DNA of 63,459 bases, the filler included, from Octopus bimaculoides (lineage: Eukaryota), in the NCBI RefSeq assembly GCF_001194135.2. It is 10 parts of 10 records of this genome, joined end to end, with 100 filler letters (N's around TTAATTAATTAA, not from the genome) between each part and the next. Parts side by side here need not be neighbours in the genome. Positions count along the whole stretch, not along the records: positions 1 to 19,867 come from NC_068986.1; 9 more parts are not named here. One strand, 5' to 3'. Below the pieces are notes generated by a model. The model ran no database searches. It was given only the letters and a program-made list of their open reading frames with translations, and was not told the origin of the DNA. The first letter of the stretch is position 1; each line of letters begins with the position of its first letter. Positions 1 through 12,579 of the stretch are shown here, one piece after another. Both the position numbers and the translations under genes were made by a program.

Positions 1-149
1 CAGTTAGTGGAATAGTTTCATTTTTAAAGTGAAAGTATTGAGTGTTTTTGTTTCACTTTTGACACGTAATACTTAAATAGTGGAGGAGATATTATGTTGC
101 CGTGTGCTCGAACTCTGCAAGAAGTTAATAATTTTTTTTGACTAAAACA

Positions 150-281
150 CAACTGGAACCCTAAGTAAGGCATGTGTAAAATTTGAATGAAATTGGTTGC
201 GTAGTTCTCGAGTTTTAGGGATTCACACAGACAGACAGACAGACAGACAGACACACATTCTCATTTTTATATATATAGATA
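150..281 (+). mobile_element. Helitron/Helentron-like non-autonomous element 3' end (Lep1/HINE-like architecture)
   Basis: ...aaatttgaatgaaattggttgcgtagttctcgagttttagggattcac-(acag)n-attctcatttttatatatatagat. An (ACAG)n tract followed by an ATTT..ATAGAT terminus resembles non-autonomous rolling-circle element ends. A similar end lies at 19380-19440. Confidence 0.4.
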
Positions 282-544
282 GATAGAGACAGACAGACAC
301 ATACATACATACATACATACATACATACATACATAGTAGTGCTCAAATAGTTCAGACTTAAACTCCGATGACTTTACAGGGGATCAATTCCATGAGGGTA
401 AAGAATGGCTATAAGAGGGATGAAGTTGAGCAGATATGGAAACAATTATGCGGCTAAACAAATTAGATATATTAGATATAACAGTTTGGGTATGAAATAC
501 AAAATATGTATATATGTATACATGCAAAATGAGAGAAAGCAGTA

Positions 545-708
545 CATACATACATGCATACATACATACATACATGCATACATACATACATGCATACATA
601 CATACATGCATGTATGCATGCATGTATGCATGCATGCATGCATACATACATACATACATACATACATACATACATACATACAAATGCTATATATATATAT
701 ATATATAT
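545..708. repeat. (TACA/TGCA)n tetranucleotide microsatellite followed by (TA)n
   Basis: Direct reading. It is the source of the YVCM/HTYI ORFs at 384-886. Confidence 0.95.
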
Positions 709-714
709 CTTCAT

Positions 715-880
715 CTGTTATCTATTACTTGTTTCAGTCACTAGACTGCAGCCAATTTTGAGACACTACCTTGACAGGTTTGAGCGAAACAAATTAACAC
801 CAGGTACTTTTTATTTAAGTCTAGTACGTATTCCGTTGGTCTCTGTTTGCCAAACTACTAACTTACAAGGACATAAACAA
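715..880 (-). mobile_element. SINE family A, 3' body fragment
   Basis: ttgtttcagtcactagactgcagcc...gccaaactactaacttacaagg is the reverse complement of the body seen at 2910-3110, 9438-9590, 25400-25490 and 62220-62400. Confidence 0.8.
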
Positions 881-915
881 ACTTGACCACCAGTTGTGGG
901 GGAAATAACAGAAAG

Positions 916-966
<51 letters not shown>

Positions 967-1727
967 ATAGGTGTTTCAGTTTCCATCTACCACAAGGCTG
1001 CAACCAGAAACATGTGGCTGGGAAGCAAACTCNNNNNNNNNNTAGAGACAAATACTTTCCTCTCTGGTCAATCTCTCATCAACTTTTTCAAGTATCACTT
1101 GAAAAGGAAGGTGAGAGTAGAGAGGCAAGTGTTGTCTAGCAAATGTTTCGAAAAAAGATGGATACATGTAGCAAGAATGGCATCTATAAATGACGAAGCC
1201 ACCTTGACCATGATTCTATAAAACGTTAAAAATTTTGTAAACAGAGAGTTACTTACGTTTCTTGCATAAATAAAAGAAATTTTATTTAACAAATTGTGAC
1301 ACTAAGGGCCGAGGTTACCGTGGTCTTTTCCGTAGGTTTTTCTTTCCACGGATAACCTCCCCATTTATTGGGAAATTTTTGTTTAATTTGTTTTGTATAT
1401 ATATATATAGCAAAAATTTAGATTTATAGGAATATGGTACTTAAGTTGAGGCACCAGAATTTAGTATGGTATTATCCATACAATTTCAAAATAAGGTGAT
1501 TAAAATCAAAATAAGCAACTGCTTATTTTTATACATATTTCCTTCCTTGGCTTTCGCCAAGCAATGCACGNNNNNNNNNNNNNNNNNNNNNNNNNNNNNN
1601 NNNNNNNNNNNNNNNNNNNNNNNNNNNNNNNNNNNNNNNNNNNNNNNNNNNNNNNNNNNNNNNNNNNNNNNNNNNNNNNNNNNNNNNNNNNNNNNNNNNN
1701 NNNNNNNNNNNNNNNNNNNNNNNNNNN

Positions 1728-2118
1728 NCCGTGCCTCATCGCGTTCTTACACACATAATTGTTCTCGTCTGGCCGTAAAGCCTTTTCTGTTTGTTTTCCT
1801 GTCTTGTTTTTTGTCCGCCACAACATTCCTCCATGGCTAGATTTAATTTGCGTATACAAATTTAATCTGCGATCCATGGGACGAGCCGTTTTAGCGATGC
1901 GTCCTGCCCAAGCTCGTCGAAACGCCGGTGTTAAAACGTGGGTGGCTGATGAAGGAGATGTTCTCTATGTGGCTCGTGTGTTCTCGTCTACGTTTGTTTG
2001 CAATGTCCTGTACCCAGATATGCACCTATACATACAGGTGGATGTCGGTATGCACATACCTGTACGTATATATGCATATACTCATTTACTATTTGTTTAT
2101 ATATATATATATATATAT
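1728..2118. repeat. Unclassified young interspersed repeat (family X), copy 1, ending in (TA)n
   Basis: 1767-2098 is near-identical to the reverse complement of 31200-31537. An older copy lies at 59725-59930. Confidence 0.9.
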
Positions 2119-2129
2119 ACACACTTAGC

Positions 2130-2265
2130 CTAAAACAGTTATATATAGACAAACTGCTTATCATAATGAAAATGGTTCAAGGATCACAGAATAAATTTCA
2201 AACTTAGAAAGCTAGTTTGAAGTCCAAGGATTTAGAGGTCAACATGACAAAGGCTGTAATTATTA
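2130..2265 (+). mobile_element. Degenerate RTE-clade LINE RT fragment
   Basis: Translates LYIDKLLIIMKMVQGSQNKFQT*KASLKSKDLEVNMTKA, a decayed form of LYADDL...W...LESKGL.VN..KT. Confidence 0.6.
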
Positions 2266-2458
2266 TTCATAGCAAGGAGTATAAAATACCTATGCCTCTT
2301 GCACTTTAGACATTAAACCATTCCATTCAAAGAAGCAGACTTTATGAAACATGCGTAGGAAGTGTGACGTCATTAGATGGTAGTGAAACATGAGCATTGA
2401 CTGTCGAAGAATTGTAGAGATTAGGTAGAATTGAGGCAAGTGTGATCATTAATACGTG

Positions 2459-2765
2459 CAGGCATGGCTGTGTAATCAGAAGTTTGCTCTCCAACCACAA
2501 GGTTTCAGGTTCAGTCCCACTGCATAGGACCTTGGGCAAGAGCCTTTTACTATAGCCCCTCGCCATCAAATGCCTTGTGAATGGATTTAGTAGAGGGAAA
2601 CTGAAAGAAGCCTCTCGTATATACATATCATCATCATCATCATCATCATCGTTTAACATCTGCTTTCCATGCTAGCATGGGTTGGACGATTTGACTGAGG
2701 ACTGGTGAAACCGGATGGCAACACCAGTATATATATATATATAATGTTTGTGTATGTGTATGCAT

Positions 2766-2799
<34 letters not shown>

Positions 2800-3110
2800 A
2801 TGTGAGCACGTGTGTGCGTTTGCATGCATGTGTGTGTGCACATGCATGTACGTGTGTGTGTGTGTGCACATGTGTGTGTGTGTGTGTGTGTGTGTGATGG
2901 TATTTGTCTGTCCCCACTACCACTTGACACCAGTGTTGGTTTGTTTACATCCCCCAAATTTTACAGTTTGGCAAAGGAGACTGAATGGATAGAATAAGTA
3001 GCAGACCTCTAAAAAAACATAAGTACTATCCAGGAGTTGATTTATTCAACTAAAACCCTTCAAGGCAGTGCCCCAGCATGACCATGGTGCAGTGACTAAA
3101 ACAAACAAAG
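2459..3110 (+). mobile_element. SINE family A (tRNA-like head, internal TA/TG microsatellite, 3' body)
   Basis: Head ggcatggctgtgtaatcagaag...ggttcagtcccactg (A/B-box-like) at 2459-2625; microsatellite at 2720-2895; body at 2896-3110 ending gtgactaaaacaaacaaag. Confidence 0.85.
2628..2718 (-). mobile_element. RTE-type LINE 3' tail with (GAT)n, nested in SINE A
   Basis: Reverse complement reads ...ccaacccatgctagcatggaaagcagatgttaaacgatgatgatg. The same tail occurs at 12285-12350, 15505-15560 and 39676-39725. Confidence 0.75.
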
Positions 3111-4342
3111 CATCAGTTGGAATTTGTTGAGGCAGATTTTCTACAGCCAGATGCCCATCCTATCACCAACCCCTACCTGTTCCCAACTAAGGTAATATTT
3201 CCCCCATGAACAGAAACATTTTCATGAAAGATTGGAAATGAAGGACACTTCTTGTGTAAGTGATGTTCATTTACAACTACCATGTGATGTCATGGCAAGA
3301 AGACAGTAAGGCATGCACACACACACATATGCTTACTTGCACATACATATGTAAACATATACATATATATGTGACAGGCTTCTTTCAATTTCCATCTACC
3401 AAATTCACACACAAGGTTTTGATCAACTTGAGCAAGGTATCACTGTGAAATCGAACCCAAAGCAATATGTGGTTGGCAAGCAAATCACTTACCACATAGC
3501 CATACTATGAAAACTTCGTAATAAATGGCATGCTATTATATTTGATATAGTAAGAATTTTCATCTAATTAAAATCACACCTTTAGTGTTGAGAACAAATC
3601 AGCAGCTAAAGAATTTTAATAAAAAGCAAAGTAGTTTCATGCTGCAGGTGTTCCAATGTGTTTTTCTTTGAATTATTATTTCCACCATTGTTCACTGATA
3701 AAAAAAAAAAGAAACACATTATTTCTCTATTTATTCTAAAATCTTGTAGTCATAGGCTATGCTTTAATGATGAGATTTTATAATGCTGAAATATGCCTGA
3801 AATTGTCTCCCTTGGCTTTTTATTTTTTGATTAGAATTAATTAATGACATATTCTTATTACTGAGGGTATTATTTTGAGTAATTAGAATTTCTTGGCTTA
3901 ATTACATCAAGTATGCTAGCACCCGCTTTTGGTTATTAAGTATGTCAAACATGCTGACAAAAAAACAAAAACAAATGGCAATATACAATTGAAAATAGAA
4001 ACTGTCCAAATCTAAAAGCTATGAACAACTCTAATGATTATGAAGCAATCCATAAACTTTATTTCCTAGATAATTTAATCAATGTTTGAATTGTGATAGC
4101 TAAGCAAAATGTGCCAAATATACTCCTTTGTCACTTCCATTATTGCTTCGAAAAAATAACTGTTAAAATCGAACTGTACTCTTCAAAACCAGCACTATGA
4201 ATAAGTACAAGGTAAAATTACTACCAGCTTTTATATCAAGTTGACGCAGGTAGTTTACCCCATCCCCCTCCAACTTTTAGTTCATGCAATTGAAAAAAAA
4301 CCGCATTATGGGATGATGCAGTACATATACACAGTTATATAT

Positions 4343-4860
4343 ATTACATGGAAAAATGCGAGCATGGAAAGTCATATTCTTAAGATTATAAACCTGGAAA
4401 AGTACAGGACAAGTTATTACATCTGTAAAAGTATAGGACAAACTATTCAAGTAAAGTAAAGAATAAGAAACTTTTTACTTAAAATATTGCAGCAAAGAAT
4501 GCCAGTTCTTCTAATTTATCACTCTTTACAATTCTCATCTTTTAAATTTATTGTACAAAACTGTTCAGCTAATTTGTAAGTTTGTATAATTAGTAACTTT
4601 TTTCTGTATTTAAGGTAGTAAATTAGCCAAATTCTACTTAAACAAGTATAGTGTTATTTGTAAACTATAATGAAATAAGTTTTAATATTCAAATTTTAAT
4701 TTTAGCTGCAATATTTTAAGTAAAAAGTTTCTTATTCTTTACTTTACTTAAAGTAATAGTTTGTCCTATACTTTTACAAGTGTAATAACTTGTTCTGTAC
4801 TTTTCCAGGTTTATAATCTTAAGAATATTACTTTTTCATGCTTGAATTTTTCCATGTAAT
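4343..4860. repeat. Long inverted repeat / foldback (MITE-like), ~150-bp arms with ~210-bp spacer
   Basis: Arm 4343-4493 (attacatggaaaaa...aaaatattgcagc) is the reverse complement of 4705-4860 (gctgcaatatttt...ttccatgtaat), roughly 85-90% identical by eye. Confidence 0.9.
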
Positions 4861-7464
4861 CCATGATTTTTCCAGGCATTGCTGTTATAAGATAATTAAT
4901 AATGTGTCAATTAATAATTTAAGATGGCCCCCATCTCATTTTTTCCGAACCAAAATAAGGGATTTGCAGCATATTAGGAGCTCAGGGTACTTGATTTCAC
5001 ACAGAAAATCAAATTTTTTTTTTTTTTTTTGTTAGTGAAAATCATGCAGGTGTTAATATAGAAATTTATCATAATGTTGTAATATAGCCTCAAATCAACC
5101 CTGATACTGCAAACCTATCATCAAAGACATTCCAGCCTTCAGCAAACTGTCTTTTTAGGGATAATCTAGGGCATTACATACAATGGGCATGTGATTTAGA
5201 TAGGAGGATACTTTGGCTGCTATTTTTAGCATGTCGAGCGACCAGGTAGAGGTTCTTTCATTGATTCGATTGCATGATGAGATTTTTTTACACATATATG
5301 TAATATGTATATATATATCATTGGCAGAAGTTAGAGGGTAGGTCAAGCACTGAGAGTTTCGTGTATTGGCACTTATCAAACACAAATTTGTCCATTGTCA
5401 CTCTGTAACATCTGACGAAATAACTTCTAAAATACAAAATTTTGTCAAAAACGTCAAGAATAAACCCTGTTCTATGTGACACATGCTACCAGTATTGGAA
5501 GTTTGAAAGTGTTTAGTTAAAAAATATGTACGTCAAAGTCGACCTCAGCAAAATTTGGACTCAAAATATAAAGACAAACAAAATACTGCTAAGCATTTCA
5601 CCCAGCACACTAACATTTTTGCCAGCTCACCACCTTAGAATGTAAACATTCATTTTAGAAATATATTCTTTATTCTTATTGTCTAAGCATTATTCCCTTA
5701 CTTCCTTACTTACTGACATGAAATTTTGTAACATTTTACCTCATAACTCTTTTTCTACTAATTATTATTTCAATGCAACTAGCGATTCTGAATTCCTCAT
5801 GCATTTTTCTATCATTTAAACCTAAGGAAAGCATACATTTAATTTAAAATTTTAAAATTTATGTTAATTGATGAATATCTGCCTTACTTCCCTCCTTGAG
5901 GTCACAGATATTTTTATGTATTTATTTTTCTCCTGAACCAAATATCAAATTATTTATGCCAAAGTGTAGCTGAGGAGGTGTCCTTTTTAAAACTATTAAC
6001 AGTTTGCAATTTAGTTGAGAACTGAATTAGTGGTGAAGTTTGGAAGCTGCTGCGATTGACGAAATGGTGGACTTAATATATTTAACCACTACCATGATTG
6101 AATGATATCAATCAATCAATCTATCTATCTATATTTATATGTACATATATATATACACACACACACACATATGTATGTATGTATGTATGCATGTATGTGT
6201 GTATGTATGTATGTTATCAATCAGTTTCATTTCTGTATTTCTTGCCAATAGAGAAAGAGCTGGACTCTAACATAGATTCAAGGCTCCTTCATTGGAACTT
6301 TTATCAACATCATCTAGGTATTTGTGCATATGTGTGTGTGTGTGTGCAGTATTTGGTGTTAGTGTATGCGCAGATTTGTATGTTTGTTTTATAGATGCAT
6401 TTTTATGTATATATTTTCATGTCTAGGCGTATGCATATGTATTATGTATGTATGTATGTATGTATGTATGTATGTATGTATGTATGTATGTATGTATGTA
6501 TGTATGTATGTATGTATATGTATACTCACGCTTGATGGGCTTCCATACTATTTCTATCAATGAATTCCACTCACAGAACATTGGTCAACCTAAACCTATT
6601 GTAGAAGACCCTTTCCCAAAGTGATTGGGAGTGAGATAGAACTTGAAACCACAACAATAATGCTAGCAACTAATGTAGGGGTTTACTCTGAGCAAAATTT
6701 GGCTGTTGTTTCAGTCAGGTTGAACAACTTACAGACTCACTCAGTGGCCCAACAGATAAAAATGACCAGTGTTTTTGGTCTATAATTTGAATTTCAGAGG
6801 TAGACTGGATGTCAATGATTAATGGGATGTATGTGAGAAAGGCAAATGGAATGTTATAGATATATCACAAAAGTAAATGACTGAATATGAATAATAAAGT
6901 ATTATGAAAGCTATCAGGGTCAAAGCTATCAGGTTAGTAGTGATAAGCTACATAATATCAAAGGAAATATGATACAAAAAATTAAATGACAAAGATAATT
7001 ATTGAGAGACACCATTTGCAGCTTAATAACAAAGCAAGATATAAAAATAACACTTGATGGTTAAGAAAGATTATGAGAGTAATAATGGCTTTGATAGTGA
7101 TAATTATATCAACATTTGGCACAGGCATGGCAGGGCTGTGTGGTTAAGATGTTTGCTTCCGAATCATGTGGATGTGTGGATGTGGATTCAATCCCATAGC
7201 ACAGTAACTTGGACAGACAAGTGTCTTCCACTGTAGGTTTCTGGATGTCCTATGCTTTCTGAGTAGGGCTTGGTAGACAGAAACTGCAAGAAAGCCCATC
7301 ACATATATCCTCCTCCTTCTCCTCCCACCCATTATCATCATCATCATCATCATTAGCAGCAGCAAGAACAGCATACTTGCATACATCAGGGGGTGTTAGT
7401 TGAGGCATATTTTCTACAGCTGGTGAGGGTTCACCTCTTTCCAAGCAATATATGTGTGCATGTA

Positions 7465-7697
7465 GGGTGGCAAGCTGGCAGAATCGTTAGCACACTGGGT
7501 GAAATGCTTAGAGGTATTTCGTCTGCCATTACGTTCTGAGTTCAAATTCTGCCAAGGTTGACTTTGCCTTTCATCCTTTTGGGGTCGATTAAATAAGTAC
7601 CAGTTATGCACTAGGGTTGATGTAATCGACTTAATCCCTTTCTCTGTCCTTGTTTATCTCCTCTCTGTTTAGCCCCCTGTGGGCAATAAAGAAATAA
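7465..7697 (+). mobile_element. SINE family B (tRNA-like head, central ctttcatcctt..ggggtcga..aagtacc domain)
   Basis: ggtggcaagctggcagaatcgttagc...gagttcaaattc...gcctttcatccttttggggtcgattaaataagtacc. Other copies at 24365-24500(+), 28268-28405(-), 30015-30130(+), 41385-41560(-). Confidence 0.85.
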
Positions 7698-8522
7698 ATA
7701 TATGTGTGCATGTGTGTACATATATGATGTAGAGGACAAGGTGCATGACACCTTATGCAAATGTCTTCTACTATAAGCCCCAAGCCAACCAAAGCCTTGT
7801 GAGTGGATTTGGATGACAGAAAATGCAAGTAGCCCATTATAAACGTGTATGTATATGGAGATGATGATGATGATGATGATGATGCTAATGAGGATACACA
7901 CACATACACACACACGTGCTCGCATGTGCACATGCACACATATGTATGCCATTTCATGGTGTGAATAATATTACTGGAGATGCAGGTGAAATGGTCAATG
8001 ACTTGGAAAGTGGATTTAGGTGCATGTAAAGTACTGACATCTTAAACAAAAATACAGATGTGGGAACAGGAAAATGCTTGAAGTTAGGTGTGGCAAGAGG
8101 TAAAAAATCCTACCAACCAGAAAATCATGTAGTCTACTCAACATTTATCTTAAGAACAAGATTTTTAACACATATTTTCCCCAACTTCACAGAAATTTAA
8201 ACCTTAATTAACCTTGGCAGAAATTAAGCTTTAGAATTGCTGGCAGCAAATATAGTTTCAACAAAACACACTATTAGTGAAACATTCTAAATTCTAATAA
8301 CTACAGCATGAAGTATTGCTAATTGGCAATCAGCAATGCGTAAATAAATGCTAATTGAGTTGTTTGTGTGCATAATGTGAAATTTAATATGTTGGATTTT
8401 GTGAAACTTCACTATTTCTTTTTAGCTTTGTAACTGTTCATATCAAACTATAATGGACTTGTTACATGATATGAACCAGAAGCATGCTGCTGCTGATGCT
8501 ACATCAGCAGCAGCAGCAGCAA

Positions 8523-8553
<31 letters not shown>

Positions 8554-8934
8554 AGGTTAAGTAGACTGAGATACAAGATGGTCATGGTTGGAAAGCTGAG
8601 ATTCTATCTTTCAGGATTTAGGATAATCTTATTCACCTCCAATATTTATTATATAGGTCTGAGTTGTTCACTGCTACTCGGTGAAATAAAAAACGAAAGA
8701 TATTTATGCAAAGGCATATAAAAGAGGAGAAATTCAGAGATCCAGCAGTGCCTTGAGAGCAATCTACTTGAGAGCAATCCAGCTGTTGCTGGATCATATT
8801 TATTTACGTAACTTATTTACAAAATGATTTTATGTAATGTATGAGAATGAAAACTCAGCAACTTAAACAAATCTTGTAATTTGTTATTAAAGCTTGTTTC
8901 CCCCCACCCATCTTCTTGTTGTATGAATTTATAA

Positions 8935-9590
8935 GTGGTTGTGTGATAAGAAGTTTGCTTCTCAGCCACATAGTTCTGGGTTCAGTCCCACTGCATGGTA
9001 CCTCAGACAAGTGCCTTCTACTATAGCTTCAGGATGACTTGTTTGTTGCTACCCCCACCACCACTACCACTTGATAACCAATGTTGGTGTGTTTACATCA
9101 GGGCTGTGGAGTCGAAACAAAAAACTTCAACTCCGACTCCAACTCTGACTCTTCTACTACTGATACCTCTGACTCCAACTCCTCTTTATGTAATTAAGTG
9201 ATTGTGGTCTACATATTTCATGAAGCATATGCATATGCTTGTACTCTGAGTAGGCTTTTATGTTATAACTGGTTTATGTTAAAGAATAAAAATATTGTGA
9301 GTCAGAGTTGGAGTCAGTATAGTTTTACTGACTCCAACTCCAGCTACCCCTTAAATGTTTCTGACTCTGACTCTGACTCCATGACTCCGATTCTGACTCC
9401 ACAACTCTGACTCTGACTCCACAGCCCTGGTTTACATCCTTGTAACTTAGCATTTCGGCAAAAGAGACCAATAGAATAAGTACCAACCAGGCTTGCACAA
9501 TAAGTACTGGGGTTGATTTGTTCAACTAAACTTCTTCAAGACAGTACCCAGAATGGCTGCAGTCTAATGACTGAAACAAGACAAAGATTA
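8935..9590 (+). mobile_element. SINE family A interrupted by a hAT MITE
   Basis: Head at 8935-9030. The body resumes at 9438 (ccttgtaacttagc...gactgaaacaag) exactly after the MITE TSD. Confidence 0.85.
9099..9429. mobile_element. hAT-type MITE, 331 bp, with 8-bp TSD
   Basis: TIRs CAGGGCTGTGGAGTC / GACTCCACAGCCCTG; perfect TSD GTTTACAT at 9091-9098 and 9430-9437; subterminal GACTCC/GACTCT repeats. An 8-bp TSD with CAG termini is typical of hAT. Confidence 0.92.
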
Positions 9591-9699
9591 AAACATACAT
9601 ACATACACAAGTCTGGGCAAGGTCATTTATGAAAGACCATGCATACCAGCCTCCCCTCTCTATACCACCAATGTTATCCAAAGGAAAGGCAAAGGCTAA

Positions 9700-9862
9700 T
9701 ACAGCTTGGCACCAGTGACATCACAACTCATTTCTACTGCTGAGTGGGTGGGAGAAACGTGAAATAAAGTATCTTGCTCAAGAACACAACACACAGCCTG
9801 GTTCAGGAATCAAACTCGCTACTTCATGACTGTGAGTCCAATGCTTTAACCACTGAGCCATA
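9700..9862 (-). mobile_element. tRNA-derived SINE head with CORE-like segment
   Basis: gtgaaataaagtatcttgctcaagaacacaac resembles the MIR/CORE motif aagtgacttgcccaaggtcacac. Reverse A/B boxes ggaatcaaactc and aaccactgagcca. Confidence 0.65.
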
Positions 9863-10349
9863 TCATCTCTGGACCATTGATAAGGAGTTTGCAAATCCAG
9901 TACCCAAGATACACTTTCAGCTTCTTAGTAATTATTAATGAAGCAACAAGATATATACCAACCTGTCTTGCGCAAAGTATGGCTAAACTTGGAATCTTGC
10001 AGAGTGAATGCAAATCCTTCATTCATAAGCTACAAATGATCGTGATATCTGGGACTATAAAAATCAGCAAGACCTTCTTAAGATTTAAAGGAATGATGAT
10101 AAAAATCAAGATACTTTCCTTCACAATCTTGCTATCAAGTTGGTGGCCAGCTAAAAATTCACTCTACATTAAAAAGAGAAAGAAATGACATACATACAGA
10201 CATACATACATACATACATACATACATGCACACACACACACACACACGCACACACACACACACTGATAAACAGATAGACAGACAGATAGATAGATAGATA
10301 GATAGATACATACATACATACATACATACATACATACATGGATAGATCG

Positions 10350-10454
<105 letters not shown>

Positions 10455-10499
10455 CAGTTGTTTCTTTGTCTTGACATCACATGATCATTGTAAATGAAG

Positions 10500-10745
10500 T
10501 TCACCATTACATAGTGGTGTTCTTCATTTTCAAACTTCCAGGGAAAACATGTCTAGCTATGGGGAAATATTACCTTAGTTGGAAACAGATGAGGGTTGGC
10601 AACAGGGAGTGCATCTGGCCACAGAAAATCTACCTCAACAAATTCTATCTGACCTATGTAAGTATGGAAAAATAAATGTGAAAACGATGATAATTGTAAT
10701 GATGACAATGGTGATGATGATGATGATGATGATGATGATGACAGT
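10500..10745 (+). mobile_element. RTE-type LINE 3' UTR with (GAT)n tail
   Basis: ...ggttggcaacagggagtgcatctggccacagaaaatc...gtatggaaaaataaatgtgaaaacgatgat(gat)n. Reverse-strand relatives at 3115-3260 and 7385-7445. Confidence 0.6.
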
Positions 10746-11783
10746 GGAACACCCTTCCACTTGCACACTAATTCAACAGGTAGCCAATTCAGTTGATTGG
10801 ACAACTGAACCCTCATTACTGAAACCAACAGATCCATGTCGGTGGGTCTGGGTCGATGTATAATGTATCTATGTCTAACTGACAAATGGTTCATGAGTTT
10901 ACAATTCTGAGCTCAAAATCATGACTGATAAAACACAATACAGAAGATCTGTAACATGATTACAGGAAGAGATGACAAGAGAAACAAAAATAGATCTAAT
11001 GGAAATTGGGGGATTTTATTGCTGACTGAACCATCACCTTTTGTGCTATAAATGTGTGTTATTCTGGTTGTTATTGTTGTTGCCAATAGTTGTAGCATTC
11101 ATGGAATTGTTGTTGCTTAGCTTTGGGTCAGTTTCCATCAAGAAGACTTATGATCAAAGGTATTCATGCTGTAATCTATCATTTTTTTTAACACAAAGTA
11201 CTTTATAGTCCTCTGTGTTCATATTCATATAAGGCAGCAGGTTGTAGACTGTGGGAGACTTGGCTACTAATTATAGTAGATCAAGTGATCGAAAGTGGAT
11301 CCCTTGTTATCTTAACTATTGATTTCTAAAATGAACACATGAACACTAATTTTCAAAGAAGAAATAGACTAAGGATGGTTTAGGTATTTGATAAGAAAAG
11401 CCACATTTGATTATATGTTCTATATCTTGCATCTTACTTCTTATATATCTCTTATTCTTTTATTTATTTTATTTTTCTTACGTCCTTTTTTCTTACGTCC
11501 TTTTTTCTTACGTCCTTTTATTCCTTATGTTTGGTGGATTATGCTGTATATCTTATATGTGATCATTGGGGGAGTGTGGTATGTTGAGTCGTTAACCTGA
11601 CGTTTTTATTCTATAACTAATATTTTACTCTTGTCTCAATTATTCTGAGCACTTCTCCTTGCAGCCCTGTATAAAATCTATTAGTTTCCTAATAAGAAAC
11701 TATTAATATTACATATATATATATATANNNNNNNNNNNNNNNNNNNNNNNNNNNNNNNNNNNNNNNNNNNNNNNNNNNNNNNN

Positions 11784-11823
<40 letters not shown>

Positions 11824-12497
11824 AAGATATCACTTAGGCATAGCTATACTAATAATCTGGTGTTAGACTTCGATATACGTATGCTTAAGTACAAAGTGTC
11901 AGTTGGGTACAAAGTGGTAATAAGAAACTGAGATGACAAAGGAAATAAACAATTACGTTATGAAATTCATTAGCTTTGAGCTGTTCCTGCTATAAGGTAC
12001 AATGCACTCATGGTTATTCTGATTTTGGGGGGGAGCTTCCCCTTCAGTCTCCTGAATTTCATTTTCTGCTCATGTACATGCCTTTTCATTGGTGATGCTT
12101 TTCTATGTATATACATAAATGTAAATGTTTTCCCCAATAAATTGCACTTGAAGCTCCATTAAAGCTCTAGGGTGATGCTCAAGCACTTAACTATCAGTGC
12201 ATTGCATGTTATAGCAGAAACAGCTGCAAGCTAACAAAGTTCATAACAATTGTTTTCCTTTCTCATCCCAATTTCTCATCATCATCATCAGCAGCAGCAG
12301 CATCATTTAATGCCTGTTATCCATGCTGGCACAGGTTGGACAAGTGTACCATGCTCCAGTCTCATTTGGCAATGGTTTCTGTGCTTGGATGCCCTTCCTA
12401 ATGCCAACCACAGCACCAGCACGAGTGTTTTTTTACATGACACCAGCGCAGGACTCTTGCAGGCCAATCCTCTTCACCAGGGGAAGCTTCACACTTA

Positions 12498-12574
<77 letters not shown>

Positions 12575-12579
<5 letters not shown>

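Noticed and set aside
384-886. Overlapping ORFs rich in YVCM/HTYI/CV/HT and poly-H/M/S/D/N (here and throughout)
   Set aside because: Stop-free translations of microsatellites with no coding evidence.
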